A DNA stretch of 64,000 nucleotides from an uncultured Rhodobacteraceae bacterium. Its GTDB lineage: Bacteria > Pseudomonadota > Alphaproteobacteria > Rhodobacterales > Rhodobacteraceae. The position numbers and the translations under genes are program-made. Every line of letters starts with the position of its first letter. Within the stretch, counting starts at the first letter, position 1. The notes below the pieces were generated by a model. That model had not been told where the DNA came from. It searched no databases and worked only from the letters and a program-made list of their open reading frames with translations. Location: positions 22,223 to 86,222 of the forward strand of contig CAKZXZ010000178.1 in the NCBI GenBank assembly GCA_937883775.1, given 5' to 3'. This document shows, in pieces, positions 26,919-37,002 of the stretch.

Positions 26919-28208
26919 ATGGACGGCGTCGGCGTCATCGATCGGTTCCTGGAGGTCTTCACGACCTATATCGACAGCGGATTCGGGGTGCTCGGCGGCG
27001 ATGTCGCCTTCCTAGCGACCACGCTGATCGTCATCGACGTCACGCTGGCAGCGCTCTTCTGGGCCTGGGGCGCGGATGACGACATCATCGGACGGCTCGT
27101 CAAGAAGACGCTCTTCGTCGGCATCTTCGCCTACATCATTAGCAACTGGAACACGCTCGCGCGCATCGTCTTCGAGAGCTTCGCTGGGCTTGGGCTTGTG
27201 GCAACTGGCGGCGCGATCGGCGCGGGCGAGCTCCTGCAGCCTGGCCGCATCGCCGCCGTCGGGCTGGAGGCCGGGCAACCGATCCTCGAATCCATCGCCG
27301 ATCTGATGGGCTTCGTCTCCTTCTTCGAGAACTTCATCCAGATCTCGATCCTGCTCTTCGCCTGGATCGTGGTCCTGCTCTCCTTCTTCATCCTCGCGAT
27401 CCAGCTCTTCGTTACCCTGATCGAGTTCAAGCTGGCGACGCTCGCGGGCTTCATCCTCGTGCCCTTCGGGCTCTTCAACAAGACCGCCTTCATGGCCGAG
27501 CGCGTGCTGGGCCTTGTGATCTCCTCGGGCGTGAAGGTGCTCGTGCTTGCCGTCATCGTTGGCATCGGCTCGACCATCTTCGGCGAGTTCACCGCCGGGT
27601 TCACAGGCGAGCCGACCATCGAGGATGCGATGGCTGTGGTCCTGGCAGCCTTGTCACTGCTCGCGCTCGGCATCTTCGGCCCCGGCATCGCCAACGGCAT
27701 CGTCTCGGGCGGACCGCAGCTTGGCGCAGGTGCGGCTGTCGGAGCCGGTCTCGCGGCTGGCGGCGTGGTCGCAGGCGGCCTCGCGGGCGCCAAGATGGCC
27801 GGGGCTGCTGGTGGGGCCACGTTGCGCGGCGGGTCTGCCGTCGCAGGTGGCGCCTCCACCGCGTTCCAGATCGGTGCCGCGTCCGGATCGACAACGGCCG
27901 GAAAGGCCGCAAGCGGGATGGCCGCCGTAGGCCAAGCGGGCGCATCTGCCGCCATCAGCCCGCTCAAGCGCGCCGTCGGTGACAGCTACCGCTCCGGTTC
28001 GCGCGCTGCCTTCGAGGCCACCGGCGGCAAGTTCAGTAATTCCCCGTCTTCCATGCCGACCCCAGCGAATGACGGGCCGCCCGCCTGGGCGCGCCGGATG
28101 AAACGCCAGCAGAGCCTGCAACACGGCACCGCCGTCGCCGCCCATGCGATCCGTTCCGGCGATGGCGGCGGCGCGGGCACGACCATCAGCCTTTCGGAGA
28201 GATCATGA
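26919..28208 (+). CDS. trbL: TrbL (VirB6 family)
   Basis: Polytopic membrane protein with a Gly/Ala-rich C-terminal tail, in the conserved position. Confidence 0.9.
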   Translation: MDGVGVIDRFLEVFTTYIDSGFGVLGGDVAFLATTLIVIDVTLAALFWAWGADDDIIGRLVKKTLFVGIFAYIISNWNTLARIVFESFAGLGLVATGGAIGAGELLQPGRIAAVGLEAGQPILESIADLMGFVSFFENFIQISILLFAWIVVLLSFFILAIQLFVTLIEFKLATLAGFILVPFGLFNKTAFMAERVLGLVISSGVKVLVLAVIVGIGSTIFGEFTAGFTGEPTIEDAMAVVLAALSLLALGIFGPGIANGIVSGGPQLGAGAAVGAGLAAGGVVAGGLAGAKMAGAAGGATLRGGSAVAGGASTAFQIGAASGSTTAGKAASGMAAVGQAGASAAISPLKRAVGDSYRSGSRAAFEATGGKFSNSPSSMPTPANDGPPAWARRMKRQQSLQHGTAVAAHAIRSGDGGGAGTTISLSERS

Positions 28209-28891
28209 GATTCAAGCGACCCAGCGTGCGATACGCCAAGACCCCTGAACCGGTGACCCCCTACCAGAAGGCCGCCCAGGTCTGGGACGACCGCATGGGT
28301 TCTGCCCGCGTCCAGGCCCGTAACTGGCGGCTCATGGCGATCGGGTGTCTGGCGACGACAGCGACCTTCGGCCTCGCGCTGGTCTGGCAGTCCACCCAGG
28401 GCACCATCGTGCCCTATGTGGTCGAGGTTGACCGGCTTGGTGCGGCCCAGGCCGTCGCGCCCGCAACCGCGAATTATCGCCCGACCGATCCGCAGATCGC
28501 CTTCCACCTCGCGCGCTTCATCGAGAACGTCCGCCAGGTTCCCGCCGATCCGATCGTGCTTCGTGAGAACTGGCTCAGAGCCTACGACTTCACCACCGAT
28601 CGTGGCTCCGTCGCGCTCAACGACTTTGCCCGTGAGAATGACCCCTTCGCCCGCGTCGGCGAGGTCCAGGTCACCGCCGAAATCTCCAGCGTCATTCGCG
28701 CCTCAGACAACAGCTTTCGCGTCGCCTGGACCGAACGCCGATACGTCAACGGACAGCTCGCCGTCACCGAGCGCTGGACCGGTATCCTCAGCGTCGTCAT
28801 TCAACCACCCCGCGATGCCGACCGCCTCCGCAAGAATCCCCTCGGCGTCTTCGTCCACGCCATCAACTGGTCAAGGGAGACCGCCCAATGA
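28205..28891 (+). CDS. trbF: TrbF (VirB8 family)
   Basis: ATGA overlap. PYQKAAQVWDDRMGSARVQARNWRLMA..VPYVVEVDRLG. Confidence 0.9.
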   Translation: MRFKRPSVRYAKTPEPVTPYQKAAQVWDDRMGSARVQARNWRLMAIGCLATTATFGLALVWQSTQGTIVPYVVEVDRLGAAQAVAPATANYRPTDPQIAFHLARFIENVRQVPADPIVLRENWLRAYDFTTDRGSVALNDFARENDPFARVGEVQVTAEISSVIRASDNSFRVAWTERRYVNGQLAVTERWTGILSVVIQPPRDADRLRKNPLGVFVHAINWSRETAQ

Positions 28892-29946
28892 ATGATTGCA
28901 TCACACGCCAAATCTGCATGTCAGCCAGACTGTCCATCACGACACTCCTTGCCGGCTCGATGTTGGCCGGGTGCGCGACCTTCAAACCGCCCGAGATCAG
29001 CTATGACGACCCGGTCGCCGCAACGCTGATCGCGGAACCGGCGCGGCCTGTTCGGATTGTCGAGACACCCGAGCCCTTGCCGCTGCCCGGCCAGCTCATG
29101 CGGGTCGATGCCGACGATCGTCCGTCAGAGGCAGCTGAGCCGACTGAGCGGGTGACCAACGCCAACGCGGCGGCCCGGATCGAACCAGTTCGCGATGGCT
29201 TCATCAACGCAGTGCAGCTTTACCCTTACAGCTCGGGTGCGCTTTATCAGATCTACACGTCGCCAGGCCAGGTCACGGACATCGCCCTCCAAGCAGGCGA
29301 GAGCCTCGTCGGCTCCGGACCGATCGCAGCGGGTGATACCGCACGCTGGATCATCGGCGACACCGAAAGTGGCTCCGGTGACAGCCGACGCATCCATGTC
29401 CTCGTGAAGCCGACACGTCCCGATCTCGTGACCAATCTCGTCATCAACACCGACCGCCGCACCTATCATCTGGAGCTACGCGCCACGCCGCAGGCCTATA
29501 TGGCCTCCGTCTCTTGGCAGTATCCCGAAGACGAGCTCATCGCGCTCCGACGTCAGAACGATCGCGCGGAGGCTAGCCTGCCTATCAGGCGCAACGTCGA
29601 TCTCGACGATCTCAACTTCCGTTACCGGATCAGCGGCGACCGCGCGCCCTGGCGGCCGCGCCGCGCCTTCGACGACGGGCGGCAGGTCTTCATCGAGTTC
29701 CCGCGCGGGATCGGCCAGGGCGAGATGCCGCCGCTCTTCGTGATCGGACCGGACGGGGACGGGCAGCTCGTCAATTACCGCATCCGGCGCAACTACATGA
29801 TCGTCGACCGGCTCTTCGCCGCCGCCGAGCTCCGCCTCGGAGACCGCCAGCGCGTCGTTCGTATCGTGCGGACGGATGGGGTCCGGCGAAGCACTCAGCG
29901 CGAAGAGCGCGTGGTTTCTACCTGGCGTCCCGATGAGGACCGCTGA
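28888..29946 (+). CDS. trbG: TrbG (VirB9 family) lipoprotein
   Basis: Lipobox LAGC. YPYSSGALYQIYTSPGQVTDIAL...ARWIIGDT...RTYHLEL. Confidence 0.9.
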   Translation: MNDCITRQICMSARLSITTLLAGSMLAGCATFKPPEISYDDPVAATLIAEPARPVRIVETPEPLPLPGQLMRVDADDRPSEAAEPTERVTNANAAARIEPVRDGFINAVQLYPYSSGALYQIYTSPGQVTDIALQAGESLVGSGPIAAGDTARWIIGDTESGSGDSRRIHVLVKPTRPDLVTNLVINTDRRTYHLELRATPQAYMASVSWQYPEDELIALRRQNDRAEASLPIRRNVDLDDLNFRYRISGDRAPWRPRRAFDDGRQVFIEFPRGIGQGEMPPLFVIGPDGDGQLVNYRIRRNYMIVDRLFAAAELRLGDRQRVVRIVRTDGVRRSTQREERVVSTWRPDEDR

Positions 29947-29949
29947 GCC

Positions 29950-31173
29950 ATGACCGGGACCGAGGACCGGCAACCGGAAGAACGCCGCGAGGACGCGCCG
30001 CGCTCGGAACAGGATATCGCCAGAGAACTCCGCCTGCGGCCCGACCCGCCGCGCGTCATGCGCCTCTCACACAAGGCCATAACGGTCCTTGCCGTCGCAG
30101 GGGGGCTCGGCATCGGGGCGATCCTGATCGTCGCCTTGCAAGGATCAGAACCAAGCGACGGACCGTCCGAACTGTTTTCGACCGAACGCGTCCAGCAGGC
30201 TGAGGGCCTTTTGGGTCTGCCGCGCGACTACGCATCGATCCCACAGCTCGGGCCACCGCTTCCGGGAGAACTCGGGCGGCCGGTCCTGTCTGCGCAGCGG
30301 CGGGGTGAGCCCGTGCCGGTTGTGCCCGCGACCGGTCCTGCGGCCAATCCGGAGGAACAACTTCGCTTGCAGGAAGCTGAAGCGGCGCGATTGGCGGCAC
30401 TCTTCGCGGATGCGCGGTCGAGCGGTGCCAGTGGTTCGCGCCCACAGGCCGTTCCCGCAACATCTCCTGCGCCCGGGCTACAGAGTCTGTTTCCCGCCTC
30501 TGCTGCGCAGACAGGGCAATCGGATAGGACAGAACGACAGGAGCCATTCTTGGATCGCGAGGTCGACCGAAGGACCACCGCCGCGGATCGGCTCCAAGCG
30601 CCGCCGAGCCCTTACGTTCTGCAGGCCGGCTCGGTGATCGAAGCCGCACTGCTGACTGGGCTGCGCTCCGACCTTCCAGGACAGATCACCGCGCAGGTCA
30701 CCGCCAATGTCTATGACAGCCCCACTGGGCAGTTGCTGCTCATACCACAGGGCGCGCGGCTGCTTGGCGAGTACGACAGCCGCGTAGAAACCGGTCAGCG
30801 ACGCGTCCTCTTGGCGTGGACCCGGCTGATCCTGCCCGATGGCCGCTCCATCGTCCTCGAACGTCAGCCCGGAACCGATCAGGCCGGATATGCCGGGCTC
30901 GAAGACGGCGTCGACAACCAATGGGGCCAGCTATTCCGCGCCGCTGGTCTTGCGACGATCCTCAATATCGGCCTTGAGACCGGCGAGGACGGTGGTGACG
31001 AGATCGCCGAAGCGATCCGCGACGGCACCCAGGACACGATCGGCCGCGTGGGCGAGGCCATCGTCCAGCGCCAGCTTCAGATTCCGCCGACGCTGACGAT
31101 CCGGCCAGGCTTCCCGGTGCGCGCGATGGTGACGCGCGACCTCGTACTCGAACCGCAGGGAGATGCACGATGA
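29950..31173 (+). CDS. trbI: TrbI (VirB10 family)
   Basis: TM helix plus Pro-rich linker. C-terminal GSVIEAALLTGLRSDLPGQITAQVTANVYDS...GYAGLEDGVDNQWG. Confidence 0.9.
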   Translation: MTGTEDRQPEERREDAPRSEQDIARELRLRPDPPRVMRLSHKAITVLAVAGGLGIGAILIVALQGSEPSDGPSELFSTERVQQAEGLLGLPRDYASIPQLGPPLPGELGRPVLSAQRRGEPVPVVPATGPAANPEEQLRLQEAEAARLAALFADARSSGASGSRPQAVPATSPAPGLQSLFPASAAQTGQSDRTERQEPFLDREVDRRTTAADRLQAPPSPYVLQAGSVIEAALLTGLRSDLPGQITAQVTANVYDSPTGQLLLIPQGARLLGEYDSRVETGQRRVLLAWTRLILPDGRSIVLERQPGTDQAGYAGLEDGVDNQWGQLFRAAGLATILNIGLETGEDGGDEIAEAIRDGTQDTIGRVGEAIVQRQLQIPPTLTIRPGFPVRAMVTRDLVLEPQGDAR

Positions 31174-31427
31174 GCAAGCTGAAGCTGGGCGATATTTTTG
31201 ACGACAAGCCAGTCAAGTTGAACGTGGAACTGCCAGCGCAAGTGCATCGCGATCTCACCGCCTATGCGGAAATCCTTGGCGCGACGAACGGGCAAAGCCT
31301 CGAACCGGCCAAGCTTATCGCGCCGATGCTGGAGCGGTTCATGAAGACCGATCGCGGGTTTGCAAAGCTCAGGAAAGCGCGCCGTTCTCCTGTGCCTCGA
31401 TCCGCGCCAGGCTCAGAAACCGCCTGA
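31170..31427 (+). CDS. DUF2274 domain protein
   Basis: MSKLKLGDIFDDKPVKLNVELPAQVHRDLTAYAEIL... ATGA overlap with trbI. The last ~15 codons overlap the convergent LysR gene. Confidence 0.8.
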   Translation: MSKLKLGDIFDDKPVKLNVELPAQVHRDLTAYAEILGATNGQSLEPAKLIAPMLERFMKTDRGFAKLRKARRSPVPRSAPGSETA

Positions 31428-32364
31428 GGGCCGGGTTGTCATTCTCGGCACGCCACGTCAGCGAGAACGCGACTCTCTCGTCTGCATCGCCCACCGGAAC
31501 GAAAGTCACATTCGGATAGCGTACGCCGCGCCAATGGTCGGCCACGAGACTGACACCGAGAGTCAAACCGACAAGTGTCATGATCCCTTCGCGTCCAAGA
31601 CGGTGGCGCCGCACGTTCGCCGTTCGGCCGAGGTCCGTGACCTTGCGAATTATGTAATCGTGTATCTCCGGCCCTGGCTCGCGCGCACTCACTATGAACC
31701 GCCGGGTCGCCACCTCCGCCCAGCTTAGCCGAAGCGACTCCGATAAAGCATCCGACGTCGGAACCGCCAAAAAGATCGGTTCGCGTGCTAGTATGAAGCT
31801 GTCTCCGATCTCCGGCGGCGGTTCACCTGCTGCGATCACCGCATCGAGCCGACGATGGTTGAGCTCAGTGAATAGCTGTCTGAGATGCGCTTCGACAAAA
31901 CAGACGTCCACCTGCGGATGCTTGTGCTTAAATTCTCCAACGATCTTACGAAATGATCTTTTGGAGAGCGACGCGACCAAACCGATACGCAGATGGCCGT
32001 TTTCGCCAGTCCCAGCTGATTGCGCAGTCTCAATTGCGGACGTGAGATCATCGAGCACGGTATGCGCACGTGCGAAGAATGCGCGTCCGGCAGCCGTCAA
32101 TTGAGCACCGGTCGTCCGTCGTTCAAAAAGCGAGACGCCGAGGACATCTTCGAGCTTGCGAATGCGCCTGGAAATCGCTGACTGACCGACATCAATCTGG
32201 GCGCTTGCCTTCCGAAAACTGCTGGCTTCGGCGACCGCGATCAGGGTTTGGAGATCGCTGACATCGATCTGGCTCAAGGCGCGGGTTCTAGGACTCTCCA
32301 CGGCTTCATTCCCCCGGTGGGGCTTTAGGCTGCTTCGATCTCTTCCGGTCTTGCGCACCGACAA
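31369..32364 (-). CDS. LysR-family transcriptional regulator
   Basis: HTH LQTLIAVAEASSFRKASAQIDVGQSAISRRIRKLEDVLG. The start is uncertain: GTG at 32301 would avoid overlapping the MFS gene. Confidence 0.8.
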   Translation of the reverse strand: MSVRKTGRDRSSLKPHRGNEAVESPRTRALSQIDVSDLQTLIAVAEASSFRKASAQIDVGQSAISRRIRKLEDVLGVSLFERRTTGAQLTAAGRAFFARAHTVLDDLTSAIETAQSAGTGENGHLRIGLVASLSKRSFRKIVGEFKHKHPQVDVCFVEAHLRQLFTELNHRRLDAVIAAGEPPPEIGDSFILAREPIFLAVPTSDALSESLRLSWAEVATRRFIVSAREPGPEIHDYIIRKVTDLGRTANVRRHRLGREGIMTLVGLTLGVSLVADHWRGVRYPNVTFVPVGDADERVAFSLTWRAENDNPALRRFLSLARIEAQENGALS

Positions 32365-33553
32365 CCGCCAACAGCACGCCAGCGAGCACGATCAGAACAA
32401 TAGCTGAGACAACAAACGATCCCCTCAGTCCGACAATCAGGACCACCGGAGCCAGAACGATGGGAGACATGAATTGACCGAAGAAGGTGATCGAACTGAG
32501 TCCGCCAACGACGCGTCCACGCGCCTCATCGGTAACTGCTCCAACGATCCAGGATTGAATGTTTGGCATCATAACGCCGCCTGCCATTCCGGCAAACGCC
32601 ATCACGAAGAAGAGCAGCGGTCCTTCGATCTGCGACAGCAGGATATAGGCAAGGCCTGTTCCACCAAATCCGACGGCAAACAGGGCGAGGCGCGACATCC
32701 GCTTGCGCAACCGGCTGAAGTTCAACGCCGTGAGAGCAGCAAAAAGCGTCTGCGTGGCGATCAATGCACCGGTCAATGTGGCGGCTCCGCTTTCAAACGA
32801 GGATGCAACGACAAAAGGAAGCTGCGTCGGTAGCATGTAGAAGGCTATCTGATTGAGAAAGGCGACGATGTAGAGGAAAACGATCACATGCGGCCGCGTC
32901 GCCTCCATCGGAGTCGGAACGGCTTCATACTCACTTGATAAGGCTGACGATGGTGAGCGCGGGAGCGCTATGAAAGCGAGCGGCGCGACCAGAAACGCGA
33001 GGCCGTAGACAAGAAACGGACCTCGCCAGGAAATCTCCGCCAGCACTCCGCCGCCCAGCATGAACACGATGCCACCTCCGGCCATCGCAGCGGATTGTAG
33101 CCCGACAAAGCGATCGCGCTCTTCACCGCGGAAGAAATCGCCGACCAGCGTTGTCGCCACTGTCATAGTTACTGCGACAGCGGCGCCAAGGAGTGCGCGG
33201 CTGGCGAGCAAAGCAACCAAATTGTCGAGCCAGAGGCCGGCTGTCCCGGCGAGACCGTAGAGCAAGGCCGCGGCAATCAGCATTGGTTTGCGGCCCACAC
33301 GGTCGATCAGCAGACCGCCAAGTGGGGCCACAATAGCAATCGCGAGGCCATGGGTCGTCAAAAGCACGCGCGACAGGACATCCGCGTTCGGGACATTAGC
33401 GAAATGCGCTTGCAGGTCCGGTAGACCCGGCGCGATCGTCGCCCCAGCCATGACGGTGAGCGAAGCTGCAGCCAGGATCGACCAGTTCCGCAAGGCGTTC
33501 TGCCCTGTCAAAAGGGGCGTGGCAGCCCTCTTCGGTTCCGGTCTCTCCCTCAT
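32306..33553 (-). CDS. MFS transporter
   Basis: 12-TM pattern with motif A GGLLIDRVGRKPML. Confidence 0.85.
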   Translation of the reverse strand: MRERPEPKRAATPLLTGQNALRNWSILAAASLTVMAGATIAPGLPDLQAHFANVPNADVLSRVLLTTHGLAIAIVAPLGGLLIDRVGRKPMLIAAALLYGLAGTAGLWLDNLVALLASRALLGAAVAVTMTVATTLVGDFFRGEERDRFVGLQSAAMAGGGIVFMLGGGVLAEISWRGPFLVYGLAFLVAPLAFIALPRSPSSALSSEYEAVPTPMEATRPHVIVFLYIVAFLNQIAFYMLPTQLPFVVASSFESGAATLTGALIATQTLFAALTALNFSRLRKRMSRLALFAVGFGGTGLAYILLSQIEGPLLFFVMAFAGMAGGVMMPNIQSWIVGAVTDEARGRVVGGLSSITFFGQFMSPIVLAPVVLIVGLRGSFVVSAIVLIVLAGVLLAVVGAQDRKRSKQPKAPPGE

Positions 33554-33571
33554 CGCGTCATCCCAAGACCA

Positions 33572-34498
33572 TCACGTTGCCCTCATGGACAGCACAAGCT
33601 TGCCTGCGTGTTCGGCTTCACCTATCGCATGCGCGCGCGCCACGTCCGGCATGTCGAAGGGTGTTACACGCGGGATAGGCAACGTGCCGGCAACGAACAG
33701 ATCGCCAAGTTCCTTGAGCGCCGCGGCATCGGATACGACTTGCAGCATTTCACCCGTGATCTCCTGCGCGCGGGAAACGTCTGGCGGCTGCACCGTCGAG
33801 ACTAAGCGTCCGCCCGGCCGAACGAACGTGATCGCAGTCTCCAGCACCTCGCCGCCGACCGTGTCGATCAGGACATCGATCGCAAGCGCCCCTCGCGAGG
33901 GTGGTGCCTTATCGACGGCAAGCAGCGTCACCTCGCTTGGCCAGTCCACGCGATCCAGATCGGCTTTCTTTCCGGCGGCAATCACCTGCGCACCATCGTG
34001 CTGCGCGAGCGCCACGCACAAGCGCCCAACGTTCCCGGCTGCCCCGAGCACAAGGACCGTCTGACCGGGCTCCACAGGGGTTTGCCCGCGCACGAGCTGA
34101 TACGCCGCGAGGCCGACAACAGGGATCGCGGCGGCTTCGTTCGGCGCGAGCGCCTGCGGCTTCGAAGCGAGAGCCGATGCTGGGATGACGGCTTTCTCCG
34201 CATAGGCGCCCGTCGCGCCGATGGGGATCATCCCAAAGACGGCGTTGCCGGGCATAAAACCCCTGACATTCTCGCCCACCGACGCAATGGTCCCGGCGAC
34301 GTCCCAGCCGAGTATGAAGGGCAGCGGCAAGGGCATAAGCTGCGCCAACGCGCCTGACCGGATTTTCCAGTCGAGAGGATTAACCCCCGCCGCGTCAACA
34401 TCGAGCAGGACATCGTCTGGGCCAATTGCGGGAGCCTGAACCTCCTCCACACGAAGAACGTCGGGACCACCATAGGCATGAAACCGGACCGCTCTCAT
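33572..34498 (-). CDS. NADPH:quinone oxidoreductase / zeta-crystallin-like MDR
   Basis: MRAVRFHAYGGPDVLRVEEV...AAGVNPLDWKIRSG...VLVLGAAGNVG. Confidence 0.85.
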   Translation of the reverse strand: MRAVRFHAYGGPDVLRVEEVQAPAIGPDDVLLDVDAAGVNPLDWKIRSGALAQLMPLPLPFILGWDVAGTIASVGENVRGFMPGNAVFGMIPIGATGAYAEKAVIPASALASKPQALAPNEAAAIPVVGLAAYQLVRGQTPVEPGQTVLVLGAAGNVGRLCVALAQHDGAQVIAAGKKADLDRVDWPSEVTLLAVDKAPPSRGALAIDVLIDTVGGEVLETAITFVRPGGRLVSTVQPPDVSRAQEITGEMLQVVSDAAALKELGDLFVAGTLPIPRVTPFDMPDVARAHAIGEAEHAGKLVLSMRAT

Positions 34499-35595
34499 TG
34501 CGCCGCCTCCCGGCCTTCCGAAGTGCGATACGCCGGGAAATCAGTATAGCTTGTCGGGCCTTCGCCATACCATTGATCATGGCTGACTTCTGCTAGCGGC
34601 CAGCCGTTTTGGAGGCGCGTCACGAGATCTGGATTTGCGATGAACGGCACGCCGAACGCCACAAGATCGGCGACACCGTCGTCGATCAGTGCTCGGGCGC
34701 CCTCCAGATCCAAACCGCCATTGGCAATGAGCTTGGTCCCGACGAAAGGGCGAAGGCTTCGTGCAACCGCCTGCATCGGAGCCGTGTCTTCAGATCCGGC
34801 AGGTGGCTCCATCAGGTGAATGTATGCGATCCCCAGATCCGACAGGCGTTCGCAAGCAAAGGCGAAGAGCTTCTCAGCGTCGCTATCGCCCATGCCATAG
34901 AAAGTGTTCCCGGGTGACAGCTTCACACCGACCCGCTGCGGTTCCCAGGCGTCGATCGCCGCTTGTACGGCTTCGAGCAGAAACCGACAGCGGTTCGGGA
35001 CCGAACCACCGAAAATATCGTCGCGGTGATTGCTGACGTCCTGCAGAAATTGATCGATCAGGTAGCCGAACGCGCCATGAAGTTCGACGCCGTCGAACCC
35101 GGCCGCTCGCGCCCTTCTGGTGGCGTGTCCGAACGTGGCTGCAATCGGCAGGACTTCAGAGGTCTCCAACGATCGGGGCGTCTCAAACCCGACGTAACCA
35201 TCAGGCGTGAAGATCTGCCCGCCGGCAGCCAGCGCGGATGGGGCGACCGCCAATGCACCGTCGCGAAACGATGAATGCGCCACGCGCCCGCAATGCCAGA
35301 TTTGCAGGAAGATCTTTCCACCCGCCGCGTGGACTGCGTCCGTTACGCGTTGCCAACCACCGACATGTGCATCCGTCGCAATCCCGGGAGACCGGATAAT
35401 GCCGCAGCCCTGTTCGCTGATCCAGGTGCAGTCTGTGACGATAAGCCCAGCAGAGGCGCGTTGTGCGAAGTAGTCCGCCATCAAATCGGTTGGCACGCCA
35501 TCGTCTTGGGCGCGGGTCCGGGTCATCGGAGCCATGACGATGCGGTTGGCGAATTCCAGATCTGCCAAATGATAGGGTGAGAAGAGTTCTGTCAT
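34495..35595 (-). CDS. Old Yellow Enzyme family alkene reductase (NemA-like NADH:flavin oxidoreductase)
   Basis: Start ATG 35595. FANRIVMAPMTRTRA...GFDGVELHGAFGYLIDQFL. Confidence 0.9.
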   Translation of the reverse strand: MTELFSPYHLADLEFANRIVMAPMTRTRAQDDGVPTDLMADYFAQRASAGLIVTDCTWISEQGCGIIRSPGIATDAHVGGWQRVTDAVHAAGGKIFLQIWHCGRVAHSSFRDGALAVAPSALAAGGQIFTPDGYVGFETPRSLETSEVLPIAATFGHATRRARAAGFDGVELHGAFGYLIDQFLQDVSNHRDDIFGGSVPNRCRFLLEAVQAAIDAWEPQRVGVKLSPGNTFYGMGDSDAEKLFAFACERLSDLGIAYIHLMEPPAGSEDTAPMQAVARSLRPFVGTKLIANGGLDLEGARALIDDGVADLVAFGVPFIANPDLVTRLQNGWPLAEVSHDQWYGEGPTSYTDFPAYRTSEGREAAQ

Positions 35596-35656
35596 GGCTT
35601 GTTTCCAATCGATCAGTGAGAATGGCGAGCGGCGAGCCCGCTCGCCGCATGCCGGG

Positions 35657-36847
35657 TCAGGCGGCAGCGCTCTGGCCTGCGATCCCGTCGCCGGTAAGCG
35701 CCCGCCGGAACAGCGCCTGCATCTCTTCGACCGTCGCGACCCTTGGGTTCGTTGCGGCGCAGGGATCAGCCAATGCATAGTCCGCCAGATGCGGCACGTC
35801 CTCGTCTTTGACGCCCATCTCGCCGAGATTGGCCGGTACGCCGAGGACATCGTTGAAGTGCAGGATCTTCTCGATCAAAGCCGAGACCACGGCATCCGTG
35901 GAACGCCCGGTCGTTTTGACACCGAGATACTCCGCAATCTCCGCGTATCGTTCGCCAGCGGTCACAGCATTCCAGGTGATGACATGCGGCATCAGGACTG
36001 AGTTGATCACGCCATGGGCGAGGTTGTGATACATGCCGCCAACCTGGTGTGACATGGCGTGCACATAGCCAAGGCTCGCATTGTTGAAGGCCATGCCAGC
36101 GAGGAACTCCGCATAGGTCATATCGGACCTGGCCGCCTCGTCATGTCCGTCGCGAAATGCATTGATCAAGGACCGGTCGATCAGTTCCACGGCTCGAAGG
36201 GCTCCCGGATCGGTCAGATGGCTTGCAGCCGTCGAGACATAGGCCTCGAGCGCATGGCTTAGAGCATCCATTCCTGTGGCCGCTGTCAGTCCGGGGGGCA
36301 TGCCTTCCATGAGCTTTGGATCGTCGACCGAGACGCTTGGCGTGCACCGCCAGTCGACAACGGGAAACTTCGAGCGGGCCTCTTCGTCGGTGATGATCGC
36401 GAAACGGGTGATTTCACTCGCCGTCCCAGACGTCGTGTTGACGGCGAACATCGGCGCCATCTTCACTTTCATCTGGTCGACGCCGGCATAGTCACGGATC
36501 GACCCGCCATTGGTGGCGACGATACCGATGCCCTTGCAGCAGTCATGCGGCGAGCCGCCGCCGAACGAGATCAGAAAATCGCAGTTCTCATCCGCAAACA
36601 GAACCGCACCTTCATCGCATTCCGCGACCGTCGGGTTCGGTGTCACCTTGTCGTAAACGACATAGCCGATCCCTTTGGCGTTGAGGCGGTCCAGAAGCGG
36701 CTTTGTTGCGTGGACCTGTTTGTGCAACGGCTCGTCGGTAACAATGAGCGCTTTGGCAAACCCTTGGGACGCCATCTGGTCAACGGCGGCATCAAGGGCG
36801 CCGTCACCGGCGATGTTCATGGGTGGGAGGAAGAAGAAGTCGGGCAT
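35657..36847 (-). CDS. iron-containing alcohol dehydrogenase
   Basis: Start ATG 36847. ISFGGGSPHDCCKGIG. HAMSHQVGGMYHNLAHG is the metal-binding His cluster. Confidence 0.9.
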   Translation of the reverse strand: MPDFFFLPPMNIAGDGALDAAVDQMASQGFAKALIVTDEPLHKQVHATKPLLDRLNAKGIGYVVYDKVTPNPTVAECDEGAVLFADENCDFLISFGGGSPHDCCKGIGIVATNGGSIRDYAGVDQMKVKMAPMFAVNTTSGTASEITRFAIITDEEARSKFPVVDWRCTPSVSVDDPKLMEGMPPGLTAATGMDALSHALEAYVSTAASHLTDPGALRAVELIDRSLINAFRDGHDEAARSDMTYAEFLAGMAFNNASLGYVHAMSHQVGGMYHNLAHGVINSVLMPHVITWNAVTAGERYAEIAEYLGVKTTGRSTDAVVSALIEKILHFNDVLGVPANLGEMGVKDEDVPHLADYALADPCAATNPRVATVEEMQALFRRALTGDGIAGQSAAA

Positions 36848-37002
36848 GATAAAGCTCCTGTTCTCTGAGTTGCGGGCGATCCAAAAAAAGTGAGGCCGGG
36901 CGGACCGCGTCATTGAGAGACGCGGTCGCGGGTGGACTTGGGGGGACAAACCACACCGCCGGTTGGGGCAGGATGCGCCCGGCCTCAGTCGGGGAGGACC
37001 GA

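Larger units (their letters stand above)
8659..31427 (+). mobile_element. conjugation/regulation backbone of an ICEMlSymR7A-type integrative conjugative element (no integrase in window)
   Basis: A same-strand, mostly stop/start-overlapping set: DUF736, XRE, DUF2285 proteins, excisionase-like HTH, DUF2840, TraF, lytic transglycosylase, relaxase, TraG, CopG, TrbBCDEJ(K)LFGI, DUF2274. Confidence 0.85.

Noticed and set aside
27131-27967. 278-aa minus-strand ORF and several Pro/Arg-rich ORFs inside trbL
   Set aside because: They mirror the Gly/Ala-rich C-terminal region of TrbL, so they are a codon-composition artefact.
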